Part shown: piece by piece, positions 1 to 13,764 of the stretch
Position numbering within the stretch: position 1 is the stretch's first letter
Layout of the letters: each line of letters begins with the position of its first letter
NCBI RefSeq assembly: GCF_018977255.1
Contig: NW_024704752.1
Location: 14,632,001 to 14,696,000 of the forward strand
Source: Callorhinchus milii
Lineage: Eukaryota
Direction of reading: 5' to 3'
DNA length: 64,000 bases
The notes under the pieces: model-generated
Told to the model about the DNA's origin: nothing
Seen by the model: the letters and a program-made list of their open reading frames with translations, nothing else
Database searches by the model: none
Translations under genes and position numbers: made by a program

Positions 1-2390
1 AGCAGCCACTGGAGGGCACGACGGTTATGCGTGAAGACAGATATCTTCACAGAATTAATCTGCAGATACTTCAAACTGACTTCAAAGCAGGGAAAGGATT
101 CCAGGGATGTTTTTCAATGCCATCTATCTCGGATTCCTTTTGCTCGAGTGGGCACTGAGAACGAATGTGACTGGGTAGTATAGGATTAATTTAACAGAGA
201 CCTTGAATAACGGACAAGTGGTGAGAATGTTGCTCATTGGTTTCGTCTCAGCAACAACAACTTGCATTTATATAGTGCCCTTTACACCAGATGGCGTCTT
301 GGAGTGCTGAAGGGTAACAGGGAAGCAAGGAGATGGGTAGTTCAAGGAGATGGGTAGCAAGGAAGTCCTTTGTTACTCCTTGGTATAATTTTGGGGAGTG
401 AACTGGCACTTGAGGCAACTCATGTGCCTCTCCCCATTACTGTATTTTGGGCATTTGGTGGGCATTTAGGACACTGGACAAGGCCACTCTGCATGGAGAT
501 AATTATAGTCTTATTAAAGTGGTCTAACTAAAATCTTACCCACTTGCACAAATGGAAATGTCTAGACTTTCCTGTTTTGTAGGCCTGGTTAAGAACTTAG
601 TTTAGACTTTATTTAATGAATCTTTAAGAAAATAACTTTACAATTAGTTCAACATGTTGGATGTTAGGCAATAATTCAGGATACAATTTTTTTTCCTGAT
701 GCAAATTTCATCAGTGTTCCAAGCATCAGGTTAATTCTTAAAGATTGGGTGATCATTGGAATGTGAAATTATCCCCAAATAAATGTTCGAAGAAAGAAAG
801 AGAGAGGCTTGTTCCACTTTACCTACCTACTGGACAACGCATCATGAATTCACTAAAGCTGGTGACTGCCACTCAATTTGTGGCTATACTACACTCTGCA
901 CAACTTGCCCAAACGCAAATGTTTCGTTAAGAATCAACAAGACTGGTTCCATTTCAGATGGTGTTGAAATGGGTTTTCATCTCCATGTGTCAAAGCGTTG
1001 CCGGTGAGTGCTATCACCAAAAGCAAATACAAAGTCTGAAATCTTTGACTCTTTTGTTCCTGTACAGAGGACGCTTAGTCTTTTAACTTATTCGACCATT
1101 AATATGGTTATTGATCTGGTCGGATTTATAACCCACGTGTTTGCACAATAACAGAAACACAGAAAACTGTGCTATATTTTCAGGTTGGCAAAACCTTGCC
1201 TATCAACAAGCCTTGACTTGCTGACAGATGTTGCTGGAGATAACCAAACATTTACATAGATTTGTCCCAGCAATGAAAGCATCTCTCAGCAGCTGCTAAG
1301 CAAATCATGAAAGAACTTAGTGCATTGTGCATTCAGAAGAAAGAAAATGCCTTTTCAATACCTGTTCTTTTTTTTCCAGAATGACTAGGTTAGTGAGTAG
1401 TTTAAGGCACCCCCCCCCCCCCTCACTCTCTCTCTCACACACACACACACACCCACAGGAACTGGGAAGTGTTTTGAAGCGTTCTGTTAATATATAGTTC
1501 AGTGTTTCCTTGTTTTATCAAGCGTGGCTCAACTATGTTGAACAAATGTTAAATACGTCAACAGTGCAGGAAGCTCGAGAGAATGCGGGGAACAAAGAAT
1601 ATAAATAATATAGTACTTTATAATCGCTTAATCATAGGAAACACGGAGAACAGGAAATATAGAAAAACATGAAACCAGATCACCCAATGTGCTCATGAAG
1701 CCATTGCTCGGCTGAATGAGACCAATGACAATTTGTGGTCTAATGTGATTAACATATCTGAGAAGCATTGAAACGTCGTTACAGTAGGTAATGTTATACA
1801 ATTTATGCAGCCCAGTGTGGCTGTGTAATGTTCTAAGTAACAGATACAGATGAACTGCACGTTTCCCAAACATAATGATCTGTAACATACAGAAATGTTA
1901 TATTGCTTTAAAAGAGAGTGTAGTATTTCTCTCTATCCTTTCCTCTCGCTATCAGACAACCTCCTTTATTCTTTAGTCTGGTGTGATGTGTTCTTTTACC
2001 CTGTCTCGTGCTATAAAAAGCATTGGACTTCAAAGCGATGTCTTGCTCAAGAACAGGAAACCTTTGATAGCTCAGCTCCTTGTAAAACAATTAGTAGGAA
2101 ATGACTGTTAAAATAAAACAAAAGAAAATAAAAAACAGTACTTTCTATACGTTCAGAAAACATACATTCTGTTTTACCGATTATAAAAATCATTGCGTGT
2201 GTGTTAAACAGTCTCTGTGTTCAAATAGTACATAGACTATTAGTCACTGACTGCAGTAGATATTCTTGTATTTGCTGGTAGGAATACCCAACAATGATTG
2301 CATCGTGCAAACACATTAAATGCTGCTGGTTTTGAAGCATTCAGACAGTTCAATTTACAAAAGGTACCAAACCACAATGTTATCTTTCAG

Positions 2391-2446
2391 TCATTTGATT
2401 TGTGCAGATAGGTAGCGCGCTCCATCAGGTTTAACAATAAATACAT
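2391..2446 (-). CDS. Candidate cytoplasmic-tail exon of gene A (NVFIVKPDGARYLSAQIK*)
   Basis: Strong polypyrimidine acceptor TTTCTGCCTTTGTTTCTCAG| and an open phase-1 frame. No clear homology to the B/D tails, and other candidate acceptors exist (~3837, ~2835). Confidence 0.25.
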
Positions 2447-4179
2447 CTGAGAAACAAAGGCAGAAATTTTATTTCATTTTCCATTTTACGTTACAAATTG
2501 GATGATAAAATTGACTTCAGCCCAGGAAAGGGCGGCAGTCATTGACTTCCCTTGGAATGAATAGCCCACCATGATGCCTGCTTATGTTTGCTATCCACTA
2601 TAGGATATACATCATGTGCTATATATAAAATAAATATATATACACAGAGAGTCTATCTTCATATGATTATAGTTGTGTTGTTACACATTACGCCAAGGGC
2701 ACATACTGTTCTGATGACTGGCACCAGTATATTCATTACCAGAACAGACTCGTACATGACATTTCTGCAGGGCAGCAATTCAGACCTACTCAAAACATGA
2801 CTTAATGCTGACTTGTTGAATATTTGTATGACAATCTGAAAATATTGTGCAAAATGGGTTTATAATTAAACTGCACGATCATACTGTGAAATAAGACTAA
2901 ACACACTGCTAACTTTGTTTGGCACTGTAGGTATAAACTCAATGTTCTTTTGTTCACTTCACAAAGCATTAATCCATCTTTTTAGTATCAGAAGCCAGTC
3001 ATACTTTTGTTCATGTCATCACTGATCAAAAGCATAATGTATCTCGTCAGCCATCAGTTGCACACAAACAGCCAACGTTTCTAAATAACAAAAACTCGCA
3101 AAAATATGGTACGTATATATTACAAAGTACAAACAGATAGCAAGTGTTAACTAAACCAGTATAAACTCAACTTAACAATGACTAGACACTTAACATGTTT
3201 TCATCTACATCTTTTGAATACGTAGCTCGATTCAATTTCGCCCCAAAAATATGCAGTTAATTCACTTTACAGTATATTGAGTGAAGAGCTTTGAGACATC
3301 TTGAAGACGTGATCGGGGCTATATCAAATGCAAGGATTATTTTTATTGTACATTTCACCCAGTCCACTGGGTTTGCTAAAATGGCCTTTTTTATTGTTCC
3401 CATTCTGATCTACTCCAGAGAACAGGGAAGACCTTCCTAGTGTAGCACTATAGAGACCTGAAATTATTTTGTGATGTAGAGACCTCTTCACCTCCCTGAA
3501 TACTGAGTGTGACACTCGGAGATTTGAACTCTGATTTGGTGATCATAGGCAATTGGTTTTATTTGATGCAATCTTGCATTAATTAAAAAATACCTATCTG
3601 TAGCCACTGCGTGGCGCTCTGCCTGGTGGCTGTGTACTGTTTCCGCACATCACCACCAGGTGGAAGATGTCACAAATCATCATCATTAAAGAAGAACAAT
3701 TTAGAGCCAAGAGAAAAAAATAAGAGTGTGAATACTGGAAATTTAATAACCCCCCCCCCCCCACACACACACACACACATCCCCATGCACACACACACAC
3801 AGATAATGGTAAAATTGTACAGCAGGCCAATTAATATCTGAAATTCAAAATGTGTCAGAGGGTGTTCTCTGACACATTGTTAATAGATTTCAAAAACTTT
3901 GAAAACTCTTCAAACACTCAAATATGTTCCCAGTTATCTCAAGGCTGGAGTTTTCCCACGCTTGGGCTGGGAAATTAAACTACGTACTCATTGTCAATTT
4001 TACTTTTTACAAATTCCTTACTTTTCCATCATGGTAAATATTCGGACTGATTATAAATTCTGCTGTTATTTTCAGGAACAATCTGCATGATAATCGGTAC
4101 TAAGATGGATATCATTGTGTAACGGTGCAGGTTATCTTCTTACCTAATGGTATTGCGTATTCTGAATTGTTGCACTCAC

Positions 4180-4290
4180 TGGTCAATTCAGTGTCAGCAC
4201 ACTTTCTTCTTTTGCAGCAAAAATAGGTGATTGTTATTAAAATTAAAAACAATAACACTGATACACGGATCATGAGGGACAGATTTTCGC
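4180..4290 (-). CDS. Gene A transmembrane exon [37 protein letters not shown] (out of frame if the upstream deletion is real)
   Basis: 111 nt, TATTTTAG| acceptor and A|GTGAGT donor. Hydrophobic run followed by YFCCKRRK, which is shared with gene B. Confidence 0.8.
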
Positions 4291-4846
4291 CTAAAATAAA
4301 TTACAGAAGTAGTTTAAACTTTTTATTATATTAAACGTGCTCCACTGACAATAAAACTATAAAAATAATTGCCAAACAAGTGATTTAGTGGATGTCAATT
4401 ATGAATACAATTGTTAATTGAAATACAAAATAGTTTACAACTAAAGAATAAACAGTTGTAAAGGATAAACTGCACCATATTAACAATGTAAAGCATGTTA
4501 TGTAAAGGATTATGGTTTATAGTACAGGATCGTATTGCGTGGGTAGAAGCCCAATCAGTGATTCAAATGTAGTATACAATACAAAATTACATTTGTATCG
4601 CCCCTTTCAACAACAACAACAAGATTCCATTTTTTTTTCCATTTATATGTCGGGAGTACATCTCAAGGCACTGGACAGTCAGGGATTTGGACCTGAGCTG
4701 TGGGGTTGGGATCAGGCTAGAAGTATCCACGGTGTGATGATTTTTAAACAGCAGATTGATAATTTTTTATCAGTTATTCTGAATAATGAAAGCAGATTTA
4801 AAAATTTCAATTCTATTGCAAAACAGTTGATTTTCCAGTCTCTCAC

Positions 4847-5139
<293 letters not shown>

Positions 5140-5509
5140 TTAGTTGCCCAATGGATACCCAACTGTGTGTGTATTTATTCTGCTAAAATAATATTTACGT
5201 TTAATCAAAGATCTAATTTTTTAAAGGCTGAGGCAGACCATGAACAATGACTTGGGTACTCTGTTCAAAATTGTTCTGTGAATCTTTTGATTTTGTTCTA
5301 ACGATTGCATGAAATAAACTCGGTTCATCCTAATTAAGAATTGACCCATTTTTCCAACCCTTCATCCTGTATCTACAATACATGGATTCAGCACATTTTT
5401 AGTGGCTGTTGTCAGAAAGGAACATTATTGAGGACCAGAGATTATTTAATATCTCACAATAAATCCACATGGGTTAATAATTGCTTGCTTTAAATAGACT
5501 TTCATTTTA

Positions 5510-6007
<498 letters not shown>

Positions 6008-6028
6008 TCATATGATGCTATATGTTAC

Positions 6029-6063
6029 CTGGAATGAAAATCCAAGTTTTGATACCAGTCGAG
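6029..6063 (-). pseudogene. Truncated copy of the 3' end of gene B's leader exon inside gene A intron 1
   Basis: Identical to 23298-23332 ([11 protein letters not shown] plus donor). Similarity stops abruptly at 6063, and upstream there is an in-frame TAA and no ATG. Confidence 0.75.
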
Positions 6064-6217
6064 CAAATTATACGTGCCTCTGTTTACCTAGTAGTAAGTA
6101 GGAACTTGTTTGTTGGTGTATTGCTTTTCTGTGGCTAATAATTCCTTAAAAAAAATTGGTCACATCAATCCATGACTGTTTGTGGAACACTGGTGTGTCC
6201 AATTGGCTGCTACATTA

Positions 6218-6556
6218 TTAATAATAATAATAATAATCCTTGCATTTTATGTAGCGCTTTTCACATCTTCTAGACGTTTCAAAGTGCTTCACAGAATATT
6301 CTGTAAAGCGAATTGACTGTATATTTGTGGGCGAAACACAGCAGCCAATTGCACACAGCAGTGTCCCACAAACAGAAAATGACCAATTTATTATTGTTTT
6401 GTTTTTTGGAGGGATTATTATTAGGTGTATTTCGCACACAAATATATTTGTCAATTATGTCAATTAACTTTACAGTATATTCTGTACAGTTCTTTGAGAC
6501 GTCTTGAAGATCCTGATAAGGCACTATATTAAAATGCAAGGATTATTATTATTATT
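6218..6556. mobile_element. Two partial SINE copies in opposite orientation (6218-6430 minus; 6465-6556 plus)
   Basis: 3' halves of the same SINE consensus. Confidence 0.8.
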
Positions 6557-6559
6557 ACT

Positions 6560-6945
6560 TGCCTCTGAGACAGAAGGTTCAAGCCCCACTTCAGGACTTT
6601 GAAGTTACAGTCTAAGCTGCACTCCAGTGCAGTCCTGGGGGTTGTGCTGCATTGTCAGAGGTGCTGTGCTTCAGATTAGATGAAGAACCAAAGTCTGATT
6701 TGCCTGTTCGGGTCAAAGTGAAAAATCCCAAGGCACTATTTGGAAAGAGAAAGGCGTTTTTCCCCAGTGTACTGTCCAAGAATCTCCCACATGAAATTAG
6801 ACAGTAAATTATATTTGTGAGACATTGCTCTGTGTTTGCCTAAAAAATACACCGTCACTGCACTTTCCAGTAAATCTGTGAAGTGCTTTGGGACACCTCG
6901 ATTAAGTGATGAGGTACGATATAAATACAAGAGTTATTATTACTA
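6560..6945 (+). mobile_element. Old Deu-domain SINE (SacSINE1/AmnSINE1-like)
   Basis: ggttcaagccccact..actccagtgcagt..gctgcattgtcagaggtgctg..ttcagat..gcctgttc..aaaaatcccaaggcactattt pattern. Confidence 0.7.
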
Positions 6946-6978
6946 AGAAAAATATATATAATAGGTCAACCTCTTTAC

Positions 6979-7042
6979 CTGGAACAAAAATCACAATTTT
7001 TATAACGCACAAGGAACAATTTCCATGTATAGTTCTGGTCAT
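6979..7042 (-). CDS. Gene A (CD2/SLAM-like) leader exon, MTRTIHGNCSLCVIKIVIFVP
   Basis: Acceptor TTTTACAG before 7070, ATG at 7042, phase-1 donor CCAG|GTAAAG. Joins in frame to the V exon to give a hydrophobic signal peptide (...[19 protein letters not shown]). Ends like gene B's leader (IKTWIFIP). Confidence 0.65.
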
Positions 7043-8539
7043 TGTGTAATTTCCACTATGGTTTCCTTTCCTGTAAAACAAACATTCATCCTTTGTTAGA
7101 AGTGAATATAAAACGTGTCACTGTGACACTCCCTGCACTGATGGAGAATTAGATCTAGTTATAGATACATGATCAGACTCTTAACACTGGGCCACATGAT
7201 ACAGTTTGATGTTGCTTCAACACTAACTGAACATACAACCTCTAAGCAAAATCTTAGGAATGCAGCACATTAATGGCAGAATCCTTACTTTTCCACGATC
7301 TAGAAAAATCAACCTCGTAATGTGATGTGACCCAGAGTGTTTTACATTTATTGGCTATTAATTAAATTTGTCCCAATGTTAGGTGTCTGATCATGTATTT
7401 ACCGTTAAAATCGGATGCACAAAGGACAAAATAATACTATCGTCAAGAGGGCCGTCCTTCAGATGAGATGTTAAACTGAAGTTCAAGTTGAGGTTAAAAA
7501 TACAGTGGATCTATTCAGAAGGCAAGAAGAATTTCTCCCGATGTTCCAGCCAACAATCTTCCAGATAAAATGAATTATTCACTTAATGGCTATTTGTGGA
7601 AAATGCTGTGTGCAAATTGTTCACCTTCAAATATGTAGCTACAACACTTTATAATAAAATCTTGTGAAGTGTTTGAGACATTTTCATGAAGGCTAAGGCA
7701 TAATATCAAGGGCAAAGATTATTATCAAAGTCCAAGGTTGTAATAAAATCGATGCTTTTAAAAAAAATTACTCTGCTGCTGACAGGAATTCAGTTAAGTT
7801 TCTGATACATAAGTGATTAATGATTTTTTTCACAATAAATCTTTAACTAAAATTGCCAATAAGACAAGTACAATTGAGATAGTATCAATTTACCTTATAT
7901 CAATGAAGTTGCACCTGGATGATACTTTGTCTGTTGACCACTGTCTTCAGAGTTTTAAATATCTTTTAACTATCGTCTTTCTTTAGAGCTATAGATTTGC
8001 TTCCATTTTGTAGTCAGATGGGAGAGTGTGAAGCTTATCAGGAAATCGTACTGATGTTCTTGTTTTGTGGTCTGATTTGTATTACATTGGATGGGCATTT
8101 GTTCGCTGTATTGCCTTTTGTGCATGAGCACGGTTAAGACCTCAGCTTTATCCATCATGTGTCCTTCATGTATTTTTCATTTGACAGTAATCCTTCAGAT
8201 GAGATGTTAAAGATGATGACCTGTTTGCCTGTTCAGGTGAACTTTAAAAATCCTATGACATTATTGAAAAAGATGAGGCAGTTTCTCCTGATGTCAGATT
8301 ACAATAATAATCCTTGCATTCGATATAGCGCCCTATCACGTCATCAAGACATCTAAAGCGCTTCACAGAACATACTGTAAAGTGTAGTGACAGTGTACTT
8401 TGTGGGTGAAATTAAGAAATTCAGATGAAGAAGTTGGAGCAGAGAGCCCAGAGTGAGCTACGTCTGGAGTGAGGCGAGACCAGAGTGAGAAGGAATTGGG
8501 TGAGAGTGGGAATTTGTTGCAGAGGGGGAAATAGGTGCA

Positions 8540-8632
8540 AGGCAAGATCAGCCATGATCTTATCGAATGGCGGGGCAGACTCGAGGGGCCGAATGGCCTA
8601 CTCCTCCTCCTAATTCTTATGTTCTTATGTAA
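8540..8632 (+). mobile_element. CR1-LINE-type 3' tail
   Basis: gatcagccatgatctta.gaatggcgg..ggggccgaatggcctactcct..(ttcttatg)n; similar piece at ~59335-59400. Confidence 0.7.
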
Positions 8633-11519
8633 GTTCCCTTCAGCCCATTTAGTCGCATCCTTCCAGAAACCTTACATTTGTTTCAATTTTTTTAAAAATA
8701 TACCTTGATGTTGTGATAGGAGGTAGGGTGTATATTCTAGAGGGATGAAATCAAATGGGCCAAAGGGCTTTCTTCATCTGAATTAATTTTGTAGTTTTGT
8801 GAAACTGTTTATCAAATTTCAGGTCCACACTATATAGTGTATTAACCAACAGAATCAACGGGGCCAGATGTGAAGAAAATAAATAGTCCAAAATTTGAGC
8901 CCTTAGCAGACAAAATATTAGTTGCTTTTTAATCCAAGATGAGTGGGAGCAAAGCACAATTGCTGACATTTTTAAGTAAAAAATATTAATTAATTTAATT
9001 ATAAATGTCATATGTTCAAGATCATTTTCTTTTTGTTTTGAGAATACTGAATAACAAGCTGTAACAAATGCAACATCTGAACAGAGGAAATCAAATTCTA
9101 TTCAAACCAAAGTGAGAAGTTCAAGTATTCACACTTAGTGTGGTAAGTCCATCCTCTCTGGGAAATCACTCTGGTAGATTTCGGGAAACATAAAAAATGG
9201 TTCACACGTTAAGTACTCTTGGGTGGTTAATTCATCTCTTCTGAAAAGTCACACTAGTTATTCTTATGAAACAACAAAAGTGGTTCACACATTTTTGGTA
9301 AGAGAGATTCCGAGCCAGCAAAAATGTCTGCTGCATATTTCCATCACAAACAGGAAATATAATGTACAAATGTGAACACATGAACAAGCTGTCCAAAGAA
9401 CGTGTCAGATACTTTATAGTTAATTTACACATAAACCAACCATTGTAGGAAATAATTGATTAAGTACATTCATAGGTGTATTAGGTGCTTAGAACAAAGA
9501 CTTGTTTGATGCAATTCGGACAGGCTGATCTGGATTGAGTGTTTTACCACATTTGAAGAATCTGGATGTAAAAGTGTTTTTACAATTATATACTTTTTAT
9601 ATCATCACATGTTCCAACTTGTGCAAACACGAAAGCTGACATGATGCTTGAGATTCACTTTAATTAGACAGGACTTACAGACAACAATTTATTTCTTTGT
9701 TTCCAGAAAATGCAAAGCAAACCCTGAACTCCACTGCTGTAGTCCTTAAAAAGAGAAAACTCCCTATAAATATATTATAATTATAATATCAAAATTTGAG
9801 CCCTTAGCATTTATAATATTTATATATTTATACAGAGACTATTTTTTTCCAGGACATGTTTCATTCACTCAGCGACAGTTGCAACCAAGATTTTATTTTA
9901 TCAGAATGCTGAACATAAATCATATACTGTATCTGGTTATTTGTATTATTATTTTCATGCTAAATATATATATATATGGATGGATTGGCCTGGCTTAGTT
10001 AATATCACAGCAGGAGACTGTTCCAATGATTGCTAAGAGTTGTGCATGACATTTCTTCAGGGAAGTATAATTGCCTTGTTCACTTGATTAATGTTTTGCT
10101 GAATCTCTGCATTCAAACGGATAAAAGAGGGTATCTTATTGGGATTGTACAATATAACTGCGTAGAACATCTTACTCAGTAATTTCAAATGATCTACACA
10201 GGTCATGGTAAATCTCACTGGACGGGTGTCCATTTAACAGATTAATATATAATTAATGTCACCTCCTGAATTGTGTGCGAACAAAGGGGAAGGGATGATA
10301 AAAGCAGCAAAAGAGGCAACAGATTCTATGTATTTAGATTCCATACATGTTAGTTTCTGCTTGGTGACGTCACATTTTGAATAATTATATGTGCAATACA
10401 TGAATCTGTTGCTTATTTTATATGATGAAGCATATGTAGACATGGTTAAAACTATGGAAAGCAACGCCAGAATATAGATACTATACTTAAAACTACAAAA
10501 GAACATGGTCTCCATTTACTGATACCACAATGACAGAGATTTACATCTGTCACTCATTGTGCTCTCAAATTGAACAAAATTGGGAGTCTAATGTGAAGAA
10601 CTCTAGTCCTGAAAAACCCTACCTCTGCCCTCTCCTGGTGGAGAAAATAAACACTTTATTTTAAACTATGAACATTAGTACACATTAACTTAACCTTCAT
10701 CATTACACTACTGTAAACTGATGATAATAATCTTGCATTTGATGTAGCGACGTTCAAGTTAGGAGGACATCTCAAAGTGCTTCACAGTATTTGCTGTAAA
10801 GTGTAATGACCGCACTTCATAGGCAAATGGTATTTGCACACACCGATGTCTCACAGACTGCATGATGTGATTGACCAATTTTATCTGGGATACAGTTGTT
10901 TCAAGATCAAAAATAATACAATGTACTGACTCCTCATTTGCTGAGTGTGGGTTCAAGAGAGTCCTACCACCTGCATTGCACCACTACTTCCTCTTTGGGG
11001 TTAGTAGAACAATTACCCGAAGAGAGATGAAACAGATCTTTATAGTTCCTGCAGCAGGATGCGTGGGTTGACTAACTGCCCTTGCTTCAATATTCAGTGC
11101 TTATTAAATATCTGTTAACTCTATTTGCAACCCCACTGTAGATTCGATCATCTGAATAGCTTCCTCCCAAGATATCACTTCTAGGAATCTATTAAAGCTT
11201 CTGTAAAAGCATCAAAAAGCAAGCTCACTCTCCTCCACAGCATTCAATATAAGTGAATTCAGGCAGAGGCACAAAATCAAACAAAATGTCTTTTGACTTT
11301 GTATCTCCACTTTCTTCAGCATCTTGAACAATCACTTCCTGCCTACACTCTGTCTCTGAGTCCAATGTCTAACACCCAACTAAATGCTGTTAAAAACAAA
11401 TTTGTCAGGAAACTGTGATCTGTGATATAAACTAGCAGCACATCTTGTTCTGTCGGACTTCTTCACGTTTATCAATTGAGAGTCGTGGGTGTGATTTCTC
11501 TAGTCTCTCAAGTTCCTTT

Positions 11520-11765
11520 CTGTTCCTTTCACACAAGGTCATTAGTTGTGATACTGACTGGGTTTTCTGTTGTGCTTCCATTGCACGTGTTGGTTCCTCT
11601 TTGTTAACATGGTCTATGACTTGGATTTTCCCTTTAAACACATGCTTAAGAGCTCCAGACAAGTCATGTTTTTAACAGTGAAATGTATCATTTGTTCCAC
11701 TGGATATCAAACATCTCATGGTCACATTTGGAGTTGAGCAATTGCCACAGGATAGAAAGCCACAG
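11520..11765 (-). pseudogene. Decayed IgC2 exon of a fifth cluster paralogue
   Basis: Reads GNCSTPNVTMRCLISSGTNDTFHC*KHDLSGALKHVFKGKIQVIDHVNKEE, then after a frameshift TTENPVSITTNDLV*. Aligns with the gene D and gene A C2 exons; in-frame TAA at 11672-11674. Confidence 0.8.
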
Positions 11766-11974
11766 CTGAAATGTACAACATATTCTTATACAACAAAGGA
11801 ATTCTTTCTTTTAAGTTGTAAATCAGAGGAGCAGATCTGGAACCTTAAGTGAGTGGACTTTCAGGCGAAAATCATTCTGATAGTTAACGTGGCAATCGTT
11901 TTGTTACATCTCAATGGAAAGATGTAGGAAAGAGATTGTTTTAGAGTTTTATTATGTCTGTAAATTAATGAAAA

Positions 11975-12225
11975 ACCCTTTGCCAAATGCAAGCTGGCAT
12001 TGTTTGTTAAACTAGCTTCCGTAGATACTGATAATTTGCATCAATTGACAAACTTTCAACTATATGTAGATCATTGATAAACATCAGTGATGATCTGCTC
12101 CATTTGTTATCAGAAACTGGCATCTCTAGACCTGAGGCAGTTAATAATTACCGGTAAGGGAAAATCATTGTGCAGTGCTGAACCTCCCACTGACCAGCAA
12201 ACAGCAAGTCTGGTTACAACTAGCT
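11975..12225 (-). pseudogene. Possible heavily decayed IgV exon of the fifth paralogue
   Basis: Fragments SVGGSAL and SSLMFINDLHIVES..IDANY in different frames, at the expected position upstream of the C2 remnant; weak. Confidence 0.25.
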
Positions 12226-13764
12226 TAATCTGATTTTACTAGTGATTTTCTTTACAGTTTTCAAAACTTTATAGCACACCTTCAATTGTGTTCAATATTC
12301 GGTTGACATTTGTTTGTAGTTAACACGCACATGGAGTTGAAAAATATTTTGGTCGCTGTTTGCCAGTTTTGAGCTGTCTTAATGGAATTCTAGTTCATTC
12401 AATCCACTGTCATTGACCTGAATTGACCAACTAACTTAATCACTTTCTAATACTTTGACCTCAGTCAGTAAATTTGAATTTTGTTTGGAAACAACAAAAA
12501 TCTTTGGGGCAAAAGCTGGCTTTCCATAAACAGATGTAACCTCTGTAATTGCGGTACAAGTAAATGGAGACCGTGGCTTTTGTAGTATTTATGTATAGTA
12601 TCTCATCTATATTCTGTTATTGCTTTCCATAGTCTTACCATGCGCTTCACCATATAAAACAGATAAAATATAAACTCTTATAGGGGAAAACGTAGGTTAG
12701 CCTTTTAAAGAAAATTGGCTTTTTGCCAATTTTGTTGGTCAGCCAGGTGTCTGACACATGCGAAACCCCATCACTGTGCTTAAAGAGTATCCAAACCAAG
12801 CTGAGAATTCCATGCATCCCACCCATACAAGGAAAATCCAGAGATAGATTGTTTGAATGGAACCCGCACTCTCTCCCTGTAGGGACACATCCTGCTTAAT
12901 TAATTCCGGAAAATATTAGGTGCAGGTTGGCAAAAGCCAAGTCAGCGTGTGGGTTGAGGTACTGCTGGAGTCTAATAATAGTATTAATAGTAATCCTTGC
13001 ATTTGATATAACCCTTTATCACGTGTTCAAAAGTAGGTGTCCAAAAGAAAGACAATCCGTGCAATGAAGATTGAACTATTCGTAAACAACAACAACTTGC
13101 ATTTATATAGCGGCCTTAATGCAGGATAGGATTTGGGAATCAGTTGAAAGCTGCTTTAATAAACTGAGTGGTGGAGGAGTTGGAAGAAAAGGAGAGGCCC
13201 TGGAGATTAAAGGAGCAGAACAACTTTGGGGCATTTAAGGAGCAAGTTATCCATTTAATATTATTATCTTACTTGAAAGACAGAGAGAAGGCCTCAGCTC
13301 TCCGTTAGTTGCTGTAATCTTGATCTCTCCGCAATAGTAATATTGACACCACGCTGTTTTTCTGTGGATTTGTAGGCTTGTGGGTTAAACAAGTACATGC
13401 TTTTGAAGATATTATGATGCAGGGACAAAATCTACAATCTTAAAGGGGAAGCCCAGTGAGGCCTGTTTTGTGCTACATTTTCTCAAGGTCTGTAACAACC
13501 CCCATTATCTTTTCTGAGTAGAGTGGACAGTATAACTTGCCCAGCCACCACACACACCTTTAACCACAGTATGGTACCATCTAGGTAACTGGATTGAAAG
13601 GAAAATAAAGAGCTGTGAAATTGTTCAGACAGCCATGAATAAAACAATAAGAAAAGATTATGAACCAAAAGAATGAGATAGAAATGAACATAAGAGAAAG
13701 TAAATGTAAACTATGGTTTCTGTTAATAAGAAAAAATAGAATAAACTACAAAGAGAAGGATCTC

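Larger units (their letters stand above)
10410..12665. repeat. Inverted repeat pair (10410-10551 and 12530-12665)
   Basis: acagatgtaa.ctctgt.attg.ggta..agtaaatggagacc.tg..cttttgtagt..tatagtatct..atattctg..ttgctttccatagt read on opposite strands. Confidence 0.8.

Noticed and set aside
2660-2765. ITIM-like VMYESV on the minus strand as part of gene A's tail
   Set aside because: Needs a phase-2 junction that I could not link to gene A's phase-1 TM exon; likely chance.
9741-9856. Imperfect AT-rich palindrome sharing a ~20-nt stretch with 8889-8908
   Set aside because: Low complexity; at most a MITE remnant.
10234-10515. 93-aa ORF with a signal/anchor-like N-terminus
   Set aside because: Its hydrophobic start lies in a repeat whose second copy (12530-12665) differs by indels; no recognisable family.
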